The notes beneath the pieces were generated by a model. It saw nothing but the letters and a program-made list of their open reading frames with translations, ran no database searches and was not told the DNA's origin. The position numbers were made by a program, and so were the translations under genes. Positions 13,634 through 27,008 of a stretch of 64,000 nt of DNA are shown here, one piece after another (within the stretch, counting starts at the first letter, position 1; each line of letters starts with the position of its first letter). Origin of the DNA: Trichosphaerium sp. ATCC 40318 (taxonomy: Eukaryota; Protista; Tubulinea); assembly GCA_038496445.1 (NCBI GenBank), contig JALMLS010000514.1:186001-250000 (forward strand), written 5' to 3'.

Positions 13634-14521
13634 TTAGAATTTAAAGTCAGTAGCAGTATGAGCACCACCAATCTTCTTGAGGTCACCGGTGACCTTCTCT
13701 TCATTCAAATCATCGAGATCACGGATTTCGAGACGGAGTGATGTACCAGCGGCGAGTCTAAGAGGAGAGATGTGAGCTTTTTTACTTAAGGTATAAAAAA
13801 AAAAAACAAACACAAAACAATTCACACATGGCGTGGTGTGCTACCCCAGGATTTTTTTTTCCGTTTTGAAATAACACGTGATATCAAAAGGGGAGAGGGT
13901 GGATGATAAAATATTGTTGTTAAGTTATGTGCGTACTCAAATACAGCAGGGGTAGTAACGGAAGTTTTACCCTTTTGCAAAGGTGATACGTTTTCGCCAA
14001 TAACAGTGACGAATACAAACTTGGAGCGAGCGCTACCTTCATCATCACCAGCAATAACCTGAAGGAAAAAAGAAAATTAGAAATTGTTAGTGAACATATT
14101 ATTTAAAAATACATTCAATACGTAGAGAGGTTCCTCGTTACGCGGAGACCTCAAAACGACCAAAAAAAATTCTAGGACAGCAGGCGAGATTTTTTTGGTA
14201 AATCTCGAGTGCCCTAGCCTTAAAAAGCGGTCCTAACGTACGCGGAAGAATCCGAAGTTAACGTCAGTGTCGCAGCAAGCAGCCTTTAACCCAGCCATAC
14301 CTTCAGCACCTCTTCCAACTTCCTATCACACCCAACTTAGTTTAACGACGTTTTTAAAGCGAGAAAAGGAGTGTTTCAATAGCTACAGCAAGTAGCGGGG
14401 GGAAGAGGCTACGTACTTCTAATGCTTTGCCAGCAACTTTGTAGAGACAGAAAGTAGTGTCGGTGGAGTCGTTACGAACATCATCGTAACCGTCAGAAAA
14501 AGCAGATGGGTCGAAAGCCAT
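13634..14521 (-). CDS. Coactosin-like ADF-H domain actin-binding protein
   Basis: Spliced product MAFDPSAFSDGYDDVRNDSTDTTFCLY...FGFFRVIAGDDEGSARSKFVFVTVIGENVSPLQKGK...LKKIGGAHTATDFKF matches the coactosin pattern. Confidence 0.85.
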
Positions 14522-14943
14522 AATGTAAGAGTTGTTGTTTAGTTGTTTAGGTACAGCAAAAAGTGAGGAGAACACAAACCTGCACCATCTGTCACAGTGC
14601 ACTATTGTGAACAACCCAATCAGAACGCTCTTAATTCATTTCCATTGCTCCTAACCGCGAAATTCCGACCTCTCGAGCGATTTAAAGCGAGAAAAATTGA
14701 TAGAATATCTCACATGTACCAAAAAATTCTAGTGATGCAAAGCTGCGCAGATAGCAATGGGTACCCTAACCGCGGAGTACGCGATATAGGACAAGACACA
14801 AAAAAAAAAGAAGCAAGAAAAGCAAGAGAGCGTTTTTATCTCGCTTCGCGTTTTTATTTTTGTTTTCTTGCAGTTTCCGGAATGTCGTTTGCCTTGTAGC
14901 TTCTATATGAGTTAGCAGAGCTTATGTTTGTGTCGCTGTAGTG

Positions 14944-17900
14944 ATGGAGACGCATGGGGACGCTGTGCGAAAAATACCATCTCAAACGCCACGAGATGAG
15001 CTAGGATTCCGACTAACTCCTATATCACATCGTTTGTATTCGAAATATCGCCAAGAGGATGAAGTTTTTCGTTAGTGTTCGTTTTTTACAATTTGTCTGA
15101 CACAAACGCAGGAACACGATGTACAGAGGAGTGGGATCGATTTATGAAGAATGGTACGTTACTGCCTTGCGATTTTGTGTTAAAGCGCTGAAAATACATC
15201 CAGGAGAGCCTAGGAAGCAATTAAAACAGTTAATAATGAAGTATGGAATTGCTGCAAAGTACAGAAAGAAGGTACTACTACGTTATATGTTCTACACTAC
15301 GCTACAAACGCTCAATTTAACGCTTCGCTACGAGTTTTACAAACATACGCACAAAAGTTAAACTTTAGAAAACTGACACAACGGAGGTATATTCAAGACT
15401 GTGTCGCGTTACAGAACTAAGGGATCAATACGGCACGAATTACTTTGGCGAACTGCTTTCGCAAAAAGATCAAATGTCTAAGCGTACACGCATACAAATA
15501 GGTACGACTATTACTAACAAAACTACACCATCCTTTTTCAAACACTAACAGCGCGTACACAAATTGTTTACGCGTAGTAAAATCTCACTAAAAAAATTCA
15601 CAACAGTCTTCCGGCACTATAAAGCTATAAATAAGCGTCTATTTTTTTTGTCTCGAGTGCCAGGATTTTTTTCTAGTGTCGCTACGCGCGTAGTCACAAA
15701 AATAGAAAAATGTTTTTTTTTTTTTTTTATTTTTCGCTTCGCTGTCCTCTTATTGTAAGCGTAGAGAATGATTTGCATCGTACTTTGCCAAGCAACAAAT
15801 ATTTTGCAGAAGGTGCCTTCCAAGCGAAGGACGATATGCGCAAAATACTAACTGCATACGCCTTACACAACACTAATGTAGACTATGTTCAGGTGTGTAT
15901 GTCAAATAAGACACTTGTGACGGTTTTTAGCGAAAATCTCAAAAAAACGAAAAAAAAAAAATAGTTTTGTGTAAACACAGTCAATTGTAACCGCATATTA
16001 TTCCATTAGCTTAGAAATAGCGTGGTGAATATTAGGTTTTACGAATACCGCTAATTCAAAAAAGATTATGGCTTTTTTTTTTTTTTTACAATTTCATAAC
16101 CAATGTCAATACCTCTTTATTATACGCTAACACCATCACTAGAGTATGAATTTCATATGTGGTTTTCTCATGTTAATAACGGAGCATGACGTAGAACTTA
16201 CCTTTTGGTTGATGGTCGCTTTATTTGACCATATACTGCCGGACTATCACATTGGTAAACCAATACTGCTCGGATTATCGGTATGTTTTTTCTTTTATCA
16301 AAGTCTTCGCTTTCTTCACGTGGTTTTAACTTCCTTTCGCTGCAGGTAGACCAAAAAGTCCTAATTGATTTATTACATGAGTATATACCAATCGTACATA
16401 ACCATAGCGCAGCTGTATCTTCGTTAAGAATCGTTTCAACGCCATGGTATGTTTTTTTTTAAATTTCATATTTTACCAAAAAACGAGAAATTTTGTACGT
16501 AGCACCTTGTTTACACTGTGTAGGTTTATGAACTTGTTTGTTGATGTATTTCCTGCTGAGGTATGCTTGTCTTTATTTGCCTTGCGCTTGACGTCTTGGC
16601 GCTTTGCCATTGCTTGCTTTCAAGTCTCATAAATTATTCTAGACAACTTTAATTGTATGGGATAATATGGTCGCTAATGGGTCTCATGTGCTTCTTCTCA
16701 CATCTCTATCTATTTATACATTATTTCAGAGTACCTTACTAGACTATGAGGATATATGCGAGATCAGTATGGAACGTAAGTTAATTTTAAAATGATTGTT
16801 TTCTAACAACAGTTTTTTAGTGAAGCAAGCATGTAAATCGTTACACAATAAGCGAGAGCTTGTCTCTTTGCTAACATTGTTCAATAATAAAGTGTCTGAA
16901 GGCAAGATTGAGACTATGAGGATGAAATACCGCGAGAGAATTTGCAATGAAGCTCTAGATATGAAGCGTAATAATGCAGTAAGAGATTTGCAACAAACAA
17001 CCAACTGTACGTTTAAATAGCTATGATGACTGGTCCGGAGTCATGTCTCTTTATGTGCGCCATTTCATACTCATTTACGCCCTTAGTTTCCCAAGCAGAG
17101 CTTCTGAGGTTGTATGAATTGTTCAGGCGTAATGCAACTGTAGAAGAAACTGAAGATGGAGATACACTAATTGTGGAGTTTAACACGTTTTCTGGTAAGT
17201 CACTTTAATCGAAATTATCACGTTTTTCTTTATATCTATCACGTGATATACGAATGAATCCTTGGTATTTATGTTAGTGATTACTCATTGCCTTTATAGG
17301 AATAATTAAGGAAGTGCTGCCTAATTGGCAGCATCCTAATATAGATAAACATAAAGGCGAACAATTTGAAACATTACGTCATATGTTTGATGCTTTTGAT
17401 TTGAATAATGATAACAAGCTAACATTTGGTGAACTTATGATTGGTTTATCTATAATATATAAAGGCTCTTTGGAAGAGAAATTACAGTGTGCGTCAGAAT
17501 TGTGAAGAAAGTCCGAAGCTCGAACTTTTTTTTCTTTTTTTTCTTTGAATTTTTTCGGATGTTAATTTCTTTTCTTTTTTAAGTTTGCTTCCGTGTATAT
17601 GATAGTAGCGGTGATGGTACTCTAAAGAGACAAGAACTTCGTGCTATGTTTTTAGCTATTTTTCAGTCTCTTTATAAAGTTGAGGACTCTGCTTTAGTTC
17701 ATCGTATTGATGATTCAGTAAACCTTGCTTTTAGTCAACTAGACGAAGCTGGTAAGGGTTACCTATCATTTCAAGAGTTCAGGTATGTGTTATATCTTTA
17801 TAATAGCTAGGATTGTTAAAGGTAGTTAACACGTGTTTTTTAGGAGTATTGTGCTCATAGAGCCTCTAATCTCTGAGTTTTTTTCAAAAGATAGAGTTAA

Positions 17901-18099
17901 GCACTCTTATGATATTGAGTCTGATGCTGGCTCTTCTGTATCAAGTGGTATGGTTTCAATTGACTTTAAGTCAGCTGGATCATCACAACCACTACATCCT
18001 CTTGAGAGGCAGTTATCTGATTCGGCACCTTTGTTGCCTAGAAAAGCTTCATCTAAAAAATCATGTTGTTGCTGTAAATGTAAATGTACGTTATTGTAA
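14944..18099 (+). CDS. TBC-domain Rab GTPase-activating protein with EF-hands and C-terminal CaaX
   Basis: IENDLHRT (Arg finger) and YVQSMNF (Gln finger). EF-hands FDLNNDNKLTFGEL and YDSSGDGTLKRQEL. Ends KKSCCCCKCKCTLL. Confidence 0.85.
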
Positions 18100-18344
18100 A
18101 GTTGTTTTAGTTATTGTTTAATCGTTGTTTAATTAACTGAGAAACCATATAAAACAATCTACTGGTTGAATAGGGTCTCTATAATTATATAAAGTAGACC
18201 TTGTGAGTTGCGTGCACTGTTAAGTGAACTGTGATGTTTTTTTGCGAATTGATTCTGTGATTTATCGAAGTTATCGGGTATTCATTAACTTTGGGTCACG
18301 CATATTAGACACGATATCCATAACACTATAAAACAATATTACGC

Positions 18345-19830
18345 ATGATTAAAGCAGAAATAGCATCTTTTAGTGCCAAACTTGAGCATGAGTGCAGACA
18401 TATTCTCAAAGTCGCCAAAACGGAAGCAAAGCGTATTGTTAATGATGCTAAAACGGAAGCCCAGTGTATTATAGCTGACGCTAAAGACCATGCTGTTGAA
18501 ATCATAGCTGAAGCTCAAATTGAGGCTGAAAACCTTCGTGATACGCTGAACGACGCTCGTATTGATATGTTAGAACAAGTACATGGCGCTAAAAGCAAAG
18601 AATCGGAATTACAAATCTCAATCATCGATACAGCACTTAAAGACTTTGATTTCTATGGTACGTGCTCTAAAAACGTTTGATCTTGTGCTTTATACAATAA
18701 TGCTGACGTTTTACAAAGCTACAAATGCAATAACACCTCCACTTCTTCAATTACCTCCAGAACTTCAACAAAAGATTGCTGCTTACGATAAAGATGTTTT
18801 CACAAAGTATCATACCCTTTCAAGAACAGCAGCTACAGTGACTCACTATGATTCTAAATTAAGACGTCATGGCACGTGGTACAAGTGGTACAACAAGAAT
18901 GGTAAAATATGTTTCAAAGCAGTATTCAAGCAAGGTCATAAACACGGCAAAGCATGTCGATGGCACCCCAATGGACAGTTGCATCATACATGTGTATATG
19001 TTAATGGTACAAAAGATGGTCTTTATGAATCTTGGTTTCCAAATGGTGTGAAAGAGATGGAGATTGAGTTCAAGAAGGGAAAACGAAATGGGCTAGCAAA
19101 AAAAAATCACACAAACGGAACCTTGAGAACGAAACTTACCTACGCTGATGGCCTGAAGCATGGAAAAGCGACTTACTGGTATGATAACGGAAAAAAGCAG
19201 TGCAAGGTGTTTTATAAAGATGGTAAACAAGAAGGACCTAACATTTGGTGGCACAAGAATGGTAAAACTAAAATACAAAACTATCACAAGGAAGGCATTA
19301 AAACAGGACTACATACAGAGTGGTATGATAATGGTCAACTTAAGACAAACTGTTGTTATGTTAAAGGTAGACAAGAGAAGAGGTTCACTGAGTTCTATAA
19401 GAACGGACAGATTGCCATCGAGACTCACAAAACAGATGATAAAACTGATGGAGAGTACAAAAAGTGGTATAATTCTGGTCAATTACATATTCACTGTCAA
19501 TACGTCGATGATAAGAGGGAAGGTAGGTTCCAGGAATGGTATCAAAGTGGACAAATCTACCAAGAGGGTACTATGAAGGATGATCACTTTGAAGGGTTTA
19601 CAAGGTTTTGGTATCCGAATGGAAGAGTAAAGTTAGAAGCAGTACAGAAGGATAATAAGTTTGATGGTGTTAAAAGACTGTGGTATGACAATGGCCAAAT
19701 AAAAGAGCACTCAAATTATAAACAGGGTGTAGTTGATGGAGAATTCAAAAAGTGGAGTGATGATGGTACATTGATAGAGCATTATATCGCAAAAGAAGGA
19801 AAGGTAAAAAAAACCATTGTAAAAAAGTAA
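18345..19830 (+). CDS. Coiled-coil + F-box-like + MORN-variant repeat protein, copy 1 (intron 18658-18718)
   Basis: A phase-1 GT-AG intron with a TGCTGAC branch point joins ORFs 18345 and 18583 in frame. LLQLPPELQQKI F-box-like motif. 24-aa repeats W[YH]xNG...G. Confidence 0.8.
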
Positions 19831-20001
19831 AATAAAAACTTCGCTTATTTGTTTCATGTGATCATCTGTTTCATTCACAGATTCGGTAAGGATTCACTAT
19901 CCCTTGAACGAAAAAGCGCATCTTTGAATATCAGAAAACAGCTTTTGGCAGACAGCTGTTCCTGCCATAAGTAAATAAAACAAAAATACAACGCTCCTCG
20001 T

Positions 20002-21282
20002 ATGTTCAAAGCAGAAATAGCGTCCTTGAGTGCCAAACTTGAGTATGAGTGCAGACATATTCTCAAAGTCGCCAAAACGGAAGCTCAGTGCATTATTGAT
20101 GACGCTAAAGACCGTGCTATTGAAATCATAGCTGAAGCGCAAGTTGAAGCTGAAAACCTTCGTGATACGCTGAAAGGCGCTCGTATTGATATGTTAGAGC
20201 AATTACATGGCGCTAAAAGCGAAGAATCGGAATTACAAATCTCAATCATCGATACAGCACTTAAAGACTTTGATTTCTATGGTATGTGCGCTTAAAAACG
20301 TTTGATCTTGTGCTTTATACAATAATGCTGACGCTTTACAAAAGCTACAAATGCAATAACACCTCCACTTCTTCAATTACCTCCAGAACTTCAACAAAAG
20401 ATTGCTGCTTACGATAAAGATGTTTTCACAAAGTATCATACCCTTTCAAGAACAGCAGCTACAATGACTCACTATGATTCTAAATTAAGACGTCATGGCA
20501 CGTGGTACAAGTGGTACAACAAGAACGGTAAAATATGCATCAAACAACACCTCAATAGTGGTATTAAACACGGCAAATCATCTCAATGGTACTCTGATGG
20601 ACAGTTGCATCATACATGTGTATTTGTTAATGGTGTAAAGGATGGCCGCTATGAATCTTGGTTTCCGAGTGGTGTGAAAGAGATGGAGATTGAGTTCAAA
20701 AAGGGAAAACGAACTGGGTTAACAGAGTGGCATAAAAATGGTAAGATGAGACAACAAAGTGAGTATAAAGATGGTAAGAAGGCTGGGTTACATACAAGGT
20801 GGTTTAATAATGGACAAATAAATATAAACTGTAGCTTTTATAATGGTAAGAAAAAGGATCGTTTCAGAGAGTACTATAAGAACGGACAGGTTGCAATTGA
20901 GACTTGTAAAAAAGATGATAAAACAGATGGAGAGTACAAAAAGTGGTATAATTCTGGTCAATTACATATTCACTGCCATTACATCAATAATAAGCGAGAA
21001 GGTCCTTTCAAACAATGGTATCAAAGTGGACAAATCTACCAAGAGGGTACTATGAAGGAGGATCACTTTGAAGGGTTTACAAGGTTTTGGTATCCGAATG
21101 GAAGAGTTAAAAAAGAAGTAGTGCAACATGATAACAAGTTAGATGGTGTTAAAAGACTGTGGTATGACAATGGCCAAATAAAAGAGCACTCAAATTATAA
21201 ACAGGGTGTAGTTGATGGAGAATTCAAAAAGTGGAGTGATGATGGTACATTGATAGAGCATTATATTGCAAAGGAACAGTAA
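20002..21282 (+). CDS. Coiled-coil + F-box-like + MORN-variant repeat protein, copy 2 (intron 20282-20344)
   Basis: Tandem paralog of 18345-19830 with the same intron. It has one fewer 11-aa N-terminal unit and about two fewer MORN repeats. Confidence 0.8.
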
Positions 21283-21743
21283 CAAAACCATTGTAAAAAA
21301 CTACAGACCATTACTTAAGTTGCCAACCTTACTTAGTCTCCGTCCGTAAAACCTAGTTTGTACAGCCATAAAAAACAGGAACCAAGAATGTTATGTAAAA
21401 CATAGGAGAAGCCACAATTTACTCTCAAATTATCTGAGAATAAAAATAGGTTATTCTTTTTGCCATTTCTTATGAATCCCAATAGATTTCTATTGTCAGT
21501 GTTTACTTGCCGTAGTACAACAATGAAAAGTCTAAGAATAGAACACAATTATAAAGGTCAACATTGTGGTTACATTACTAACAAACGTACTACAGACACC
21601 GCTATTTTACGACAATACAAAAGTTCTTCTTGTGTTTTTTTTTCTTTGAACTTTCTCAAAATGAGTCATATACTCGTGGAATAGAAATATGTTGACCTGC
21701 TGTAGAAATAACAAAGGGTTTATTTTTACCGTTAACGGTAAAC

Positions 21744-22903
21744 ATGGAGTCATATCTTCCGCCTGAAATTGTATATAAACTATTCCTACTCCGCACAGGA
21801 CCGAAATCGCTGCTTAACTGGAGGTCCGTGCTAAAATACGTCGTTTGTAAGCTTACATAGCAAAGAGCGGTATGTAGGCAGTGGCGTGATGTTGGAGGAG
21901 ACATATTAGAGATGTTAACAGTACCAGGGTTAAGTTCAAGCCAGACAGAAGTCGAAATCGCCATACCTAAACTTATTGAATCCTTTCCTAACTTAAAGAC
22001 GATGTTGTTCAGTAGGATGAGCCTTTTTTCGTCGCCTTATAGTTTTATACTAACAGTAGATATAAGGTGATACCAGAGAAGAGTTAATAGCTCTTCTTTG
22101 TGAATGCATTAAGTCAAAATCAAGAAAACTAGAAAAATAACACTTCACGACCATACATTGTCTCACACGTGCTGGAAGAGAATCTTTGAATCAAATATTG
22201 ATAATTTATACTTCACAATGGCTCTTAATACTAATGCAGTACGTAACTCAACCAGTCTTTTATCCATAGTTTGTCTAACTTTTTTTCTTCGAATTTTAGA
22301 ACTTAGAGCATGAAAATGTTGTACAGAACTATTATCGTGTTCTCTTAGGAGACCTTGAATGGGCAATTTTTACATATACAGTTGATAGTAGCACTTATTA
22401 CCCACGACTAGAGTTGATGGCTGCAGAAACATGCTCTTCAGATTCAGAAAATCTTGATGTTTTAAAAACTGTATTGCCAGAGGTGTGAACTTTATGTTCT
22501 TCTTTCCAAAGGTATTAAACCGTCTCTTATCTGCTTTTGTTAGAATGAGGGTAAAAAAGTGGTGCTCTTGAGATCAAGTACAATACAAGTGTCCACTGGG
22601 CTTTATGGCTGTTGTGTTATTCATTGGTACAATGATAATAGTTGTCATACACCACGTGTTTTGTGGCATTAACAAAACAGGTTTTAAGTTATGTGTAGGA
22701 ATGCAAGCAGAATATCAGATAGAATAATGAGCTCTCTTTTCAAAGCTATTGAACATCGACATAAAGACAAATACCACTGGCTCTTGACGAAATCCTCGAT
22801 ATTTGAGCGCAGACAAGACAAATTTTTGGGAAAGTACAATCCAAATGCTTTTAAAGTTAAGAGATGTTCCCAAAAAAACCACTCTTCAGATTCTAATGTG
22901 TAA
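21744..22903 (+). CDS. F-box protein, probably LRR-like C-terminus, multi-exon
   Basis: MESYLPPEIVYKLFLL...LLNWR|AVCRQWRDV after removing a short intron, then FPNLKTMLF. The 3' exons are uncertain. Confidence 0.6.
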
Positions 22904-23044
22904 CCTTGAAAGTTAATTAAATAAAGCGTCAGGGTTTTCGCTTGGTTATAACCAAAAGTTTGATTTGGATCAAGACATTTTTTATTGAACTTTTTAGAGA
23001 CATGTTGATCTTTATTAGTATGTCTTTTTTTTTATCGTATCTCT

Positions 23045-25659
23045 TCAAGTATGAACTGTTGGTTGTCCTTTTTGTAAATAAATCAGTATTGGTTTTAAAA
23101 TGAGAGTATTGTTAATACCTGCTACATCAAGAGTAAAGCCATATCCTTGAATTTTTCCAATCTTTTTAGAGATTACTGCATTTCTGAAGTCTTGTGCTAC
23201 AAAATCCGGCATTATGAACATTATTTCAGTTCCTGATGCTTCTAATCTAGTTGGAATTGTATTGTACCAGTCTTTCACTTCAACTATGCGCCAAGCTAAC
23301 ATCAAGTCAATAAAGCAAATATCAAAAAAAACAGTATTGTTTTTTTGATTCAAAACAACTGTTAAAAGCAACGCACATGGAGCTCCTGATATGCTTGATA
23401 CTTGCTCCACTAGTGCCTTTTGAATTCGTTCTTTATTATTACCAAGTATTGAAGTAAAATAAACACGGGCATGTGCATGAACTAAACGAGTTAAAAAAAA
23501 CACTGCACAAAAAAACAAGAAACAAAAAAGGCTCAGGCACACATAATGACTTACCAACACCAACTAATTTAGGGTTCGGATTCATGAGATCTAAAATAAT
23601 ACCATGTTAATTATAGTCTAAGTGAACCGAGGAACAAAAGGGAAATGCAGCTTTACCTTGAGAGTAACAGTGAGCGTTGTCTTGGCCATCAAAACTTTCA
23701 TCATATCCGAAATGATCATAAGTTCCGTTAACGACACCAACTAATCGATTAACCATATCAGTTAGCCAATAAAGCTTATAAGGAGGTTCTCCAATATTAT
23801 CAGGGATTGAAAAACTTGAATGTGGTACACCACATAAGTTGCTTAGAAGAGAAGCATTGCAGTTATCTTTTATTCGGAAAGTACACAAGTGCACCTGACA
23901 TCAGAGATTAGCAAAGTCAAGCATTGGTGTTACAACGAACACGCTACAACCTAAATACATACCGAGTTACCAGTTCTGTTTAGTGTTCTACCAGCTTCCC
24001 AGACGAGAGAGTTTCTAGTGAGACCATCTCGTTCAACCTACAAAAACAGAATCAGAAGAAACAAAGAAACCAAATTCATATGTACGTACAGTTATGAAAT
24101 CTGTCTTTACAGATTTGGTTTCTCTTACTTGAGCCAATGCAGCGTCACCAGTAGTGTGAACAGCGCCTAAATCACCAACCAAGAAACTACACCAAGACGT
24201 AAACCAAAAATGTAAATTAAGCGGTTGTTCAGCTCACCTGCAATATCCTCCTCTTCCATATTTGTCCCTTGCTGAGTTGCACGAGTCTCCCCAAGAAGCA
24301 ACATATTTTAGTAGTTGGTCAACCTAAGTTCTAACATTGGTATATTTGCTCTAAAAATAGATGACGTACAGCTACTTTATCAATCCAAGGAAAAGTATCT
24401 CGTTCTTGGATCATCTGAGAGAAAAGAGAACGGAACATGACTTGGAGCTCTGCGTATCCACCTCTATTCATTTATGTTAAAACAATATCTTTCTCTTTAA
24501 CTAATATCACGTGCCTAAGTGTGGCATGACCTGTACCATCCAAGTAGTTTATAAGGATGTTTTCAATCGTTTTGAGGGCAGGACCAAGTACACCCGAAAT
24601 GATTTTACCACCAACACCTGAATTAATTATTGTCTTTACAAATCCTTCGACGCATTCAACCGTAGTTGTATCATTCACATTGCAAGAATGGAGATACTTA
24701 TCCAGTGGACCAACAGATACACCCAAGAAAGGAGAAAAAAGCATTTGGCGATCATACAAAGAAGGCATCTGTAAACAAGGTAAACTTAAATCACTTGAAG
24801 CGATGAACGAAACGTACTCTTCCTGTAGCTACAAGCGCTAACCCGCTTCCAAGACTTAATCCAAGAGCTGTTACAGGTACATTTGGGTTTGGTAGCATAC
24901 TACGTTCCTACAGAACGTTATGAGCAAATATGGAAAAAGAGCACGTGATTTTGATAAAAAACCCAAGTATCACGTGATAAAAGTCGGCACTCACTTGCGC
25001 TACTATCTTATTTATTTGGTCCACGTATGCTACATAACCGTTTCCGTCTGTTGGAAGCACTATGAAAGGTGTAAAGACATAATTCTCCGCTTTTGAACTT
25101 GCGTACGCTCTACAGGATCGCCGTTGGCGCACTCATCTTTAGACACGCAGTCGTTCCTTGTACGTCCGTGACCGAGTACTACAGGTACCAGTACCATGTA
25201 ACCCGCCTTTTGAAGCGCTGTTGACGCGACATCTTGAGCGTCAGGACATGCTAATAGTGTTTAGAAACGTTTAACTTTACTGGGTTTTCAGTTCGTACCA
25301 GTATAGCCATGAAACATCACTACGATACCCTACATAGTTGTCAACTGGTTATACCATTCCGTATGGTTTGTTGTACCTTTGGAGTAGAAGATGGCATCCA
25401 TCTTTGAGAAAAACACTTTGTTTGGTGACGCGAGATTAACGGGCAAGCGTATTTGAGATATAAACTGAAAAGGTCCGTTACGATGTTTATCAAAAAAAAC
25501 CGAACCTGTATTGTGATATTGGCGTATTAGTACATGCTGACTTTAGATCCTCTGGTTGACATAGAGATAGCGATACGAACGCTAGTAACGCGAAAATACT
25601 ATCACGTGTTAGCTTGAATAGGTTAACAGGTATTGGTTGTACCACGTTGTGACCTTCAT
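23045..25659 (-). CDS. Secreted alpha/beta hydrolase (lipase/serine-aminopeptidase-like)
   Basis: Signal peptide MK|YFALLAFVSLSLC. GIVVMFHGYT, VLGHG and nucleophile elbow GLSLG. Candidate catalytic Asp (ERDG) and His (VPHS). Confidence 0.75.
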
Positions 25660-26122
25660 TTTCGAGTTAGAAATCAAGAAAAAAACGCGGCATGCTTGCT
25701 TAACAGGGAAAAAGTTGTACCGGTACAACAATCTTGTGGTAACTCAAGTAGTACCGTAAGATATAGAGTGCTTACTAAACGAAAGCGGTGTAGGTTAACT
25801 ATGGAACTGAAAACCAACTCCGTTTGCCAATTCTCCTTTGACGTGTCAACAAAACTCCAGAACTATGGGTGTTCATTGCTGACGATATGGTTATATCCCT
25901 TGAAAACTTAACACTACAGACTCAACTGATTTTTAACTATTAACGTAATATAAAACACAGTCTTGCTGTGTGTACGAATAAACAGTTGTCTTGATTAAAA
26001 GCAGTTTAAACCGGTGTATAGACAGAGCAGCTTTGAGGAAAGGAATGCTATCAATCAGGGCGAATTTCAAACATTCATTGACTTTTCAACCAGTGTCTAT
26101 TTGTTTTACTCACCCAACAACG

Positions 26123-26731
26123 ATGGCTCATTTGATTCCAAAACCTCACTTTGAGCAGGCTGAAACTGCAGACGACGAATTCATGTGTCCAGTATGCTAT
26201 GATCTATTTACCGACCCAGTTTCTCACATAACGTGTGAAAACACTTTCTGTCGTGATTGTTTAAACAAATGCGGTTTAAACTGCCCAGTATGCCGAGGGC
26301 CGTTAAGAGGTAAGTGTAAAATTCAAACCACTACCAAAAACTGCTTATGAAATTAACACGCAGGCAGTAATTGCTTAGTTTAATTCATCTTTTGCGTCAC
26401 CTGCAAATTCTTATTTATACTCTGCAGGAGCTATTCGCTATGTTCCCAGCCTGGTAACCAAGCTATTATCCAAAGTTAAAGGGACTTGTAGTGCCTGTAA
26501 CAAGCTTATGACACGGTACAACATTTTATATCAAAAATAATCAATCTGACTTATTTTGGTAGTGAGCAATTTGCTGACCATGTGACCTCTGACTGTGTTG
26601 TTACTGCTAATTACACAATACAGTTGCAAGCCAATCAAATTTCAGAGCTGACAGATGTCATAAGAGTACTACAAGATAAACTTAATGTGGCCGAAATAAA
26701 AGTAAAGATGTTGGAGGACAACTTCTTATAG
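26123..26731 (+). CDS. RING-finger (TRAF-like N-terminus) protein with coiled coil
   Basis: CPVC...PVSHITCENTFCRDC...CPVCR, then CSAC...DHVTSDC, then a heptad-rich tail. Two introns. Confidence 0.8.
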
Positions 26732-27008
26732 GAAGTATGGAGAGGTTAGTTTTACCAATTGCAATTATAAGCTTTAAGGTAATAAATAAAACGTTCTACG
26801 TACAATGAAGACATTGCAAATGGATTGTGTGCTCAGTATTTTTTTGGACATGCTGAAGTTGCTGTTTTATTACGCATAGTTTATTACAAATTTGTAACAG
26901 TTGTCACCGTAAGAAGTCATTTTTGTATGTATAATACTATGACAATAAGTGTGAGAACTAAGTTGACTTTGGGGTTTTTTTGTTTTAAGTTTTTGAAACG
27001 GCAGAAGA

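Noticed and set aside
18583-21282. Bacterial YwqJK-type toxin-antitoxin pairs (small ORF + YwqK-like ORF, twice)
   Set aside because: Each pair is one eukaryotic gene joined by a canonical in-frame spliceosomal intron. No toxin domain is visible.
6653-21282. Endogenous giant-virus segment suggested by F-box/LRR/MORN genes
   Set aside because: No viral hallmark genes (capsid, packaging ATPase, polymerase) were seen, and the genes are interspersed with intron-rich housekeeping genes.
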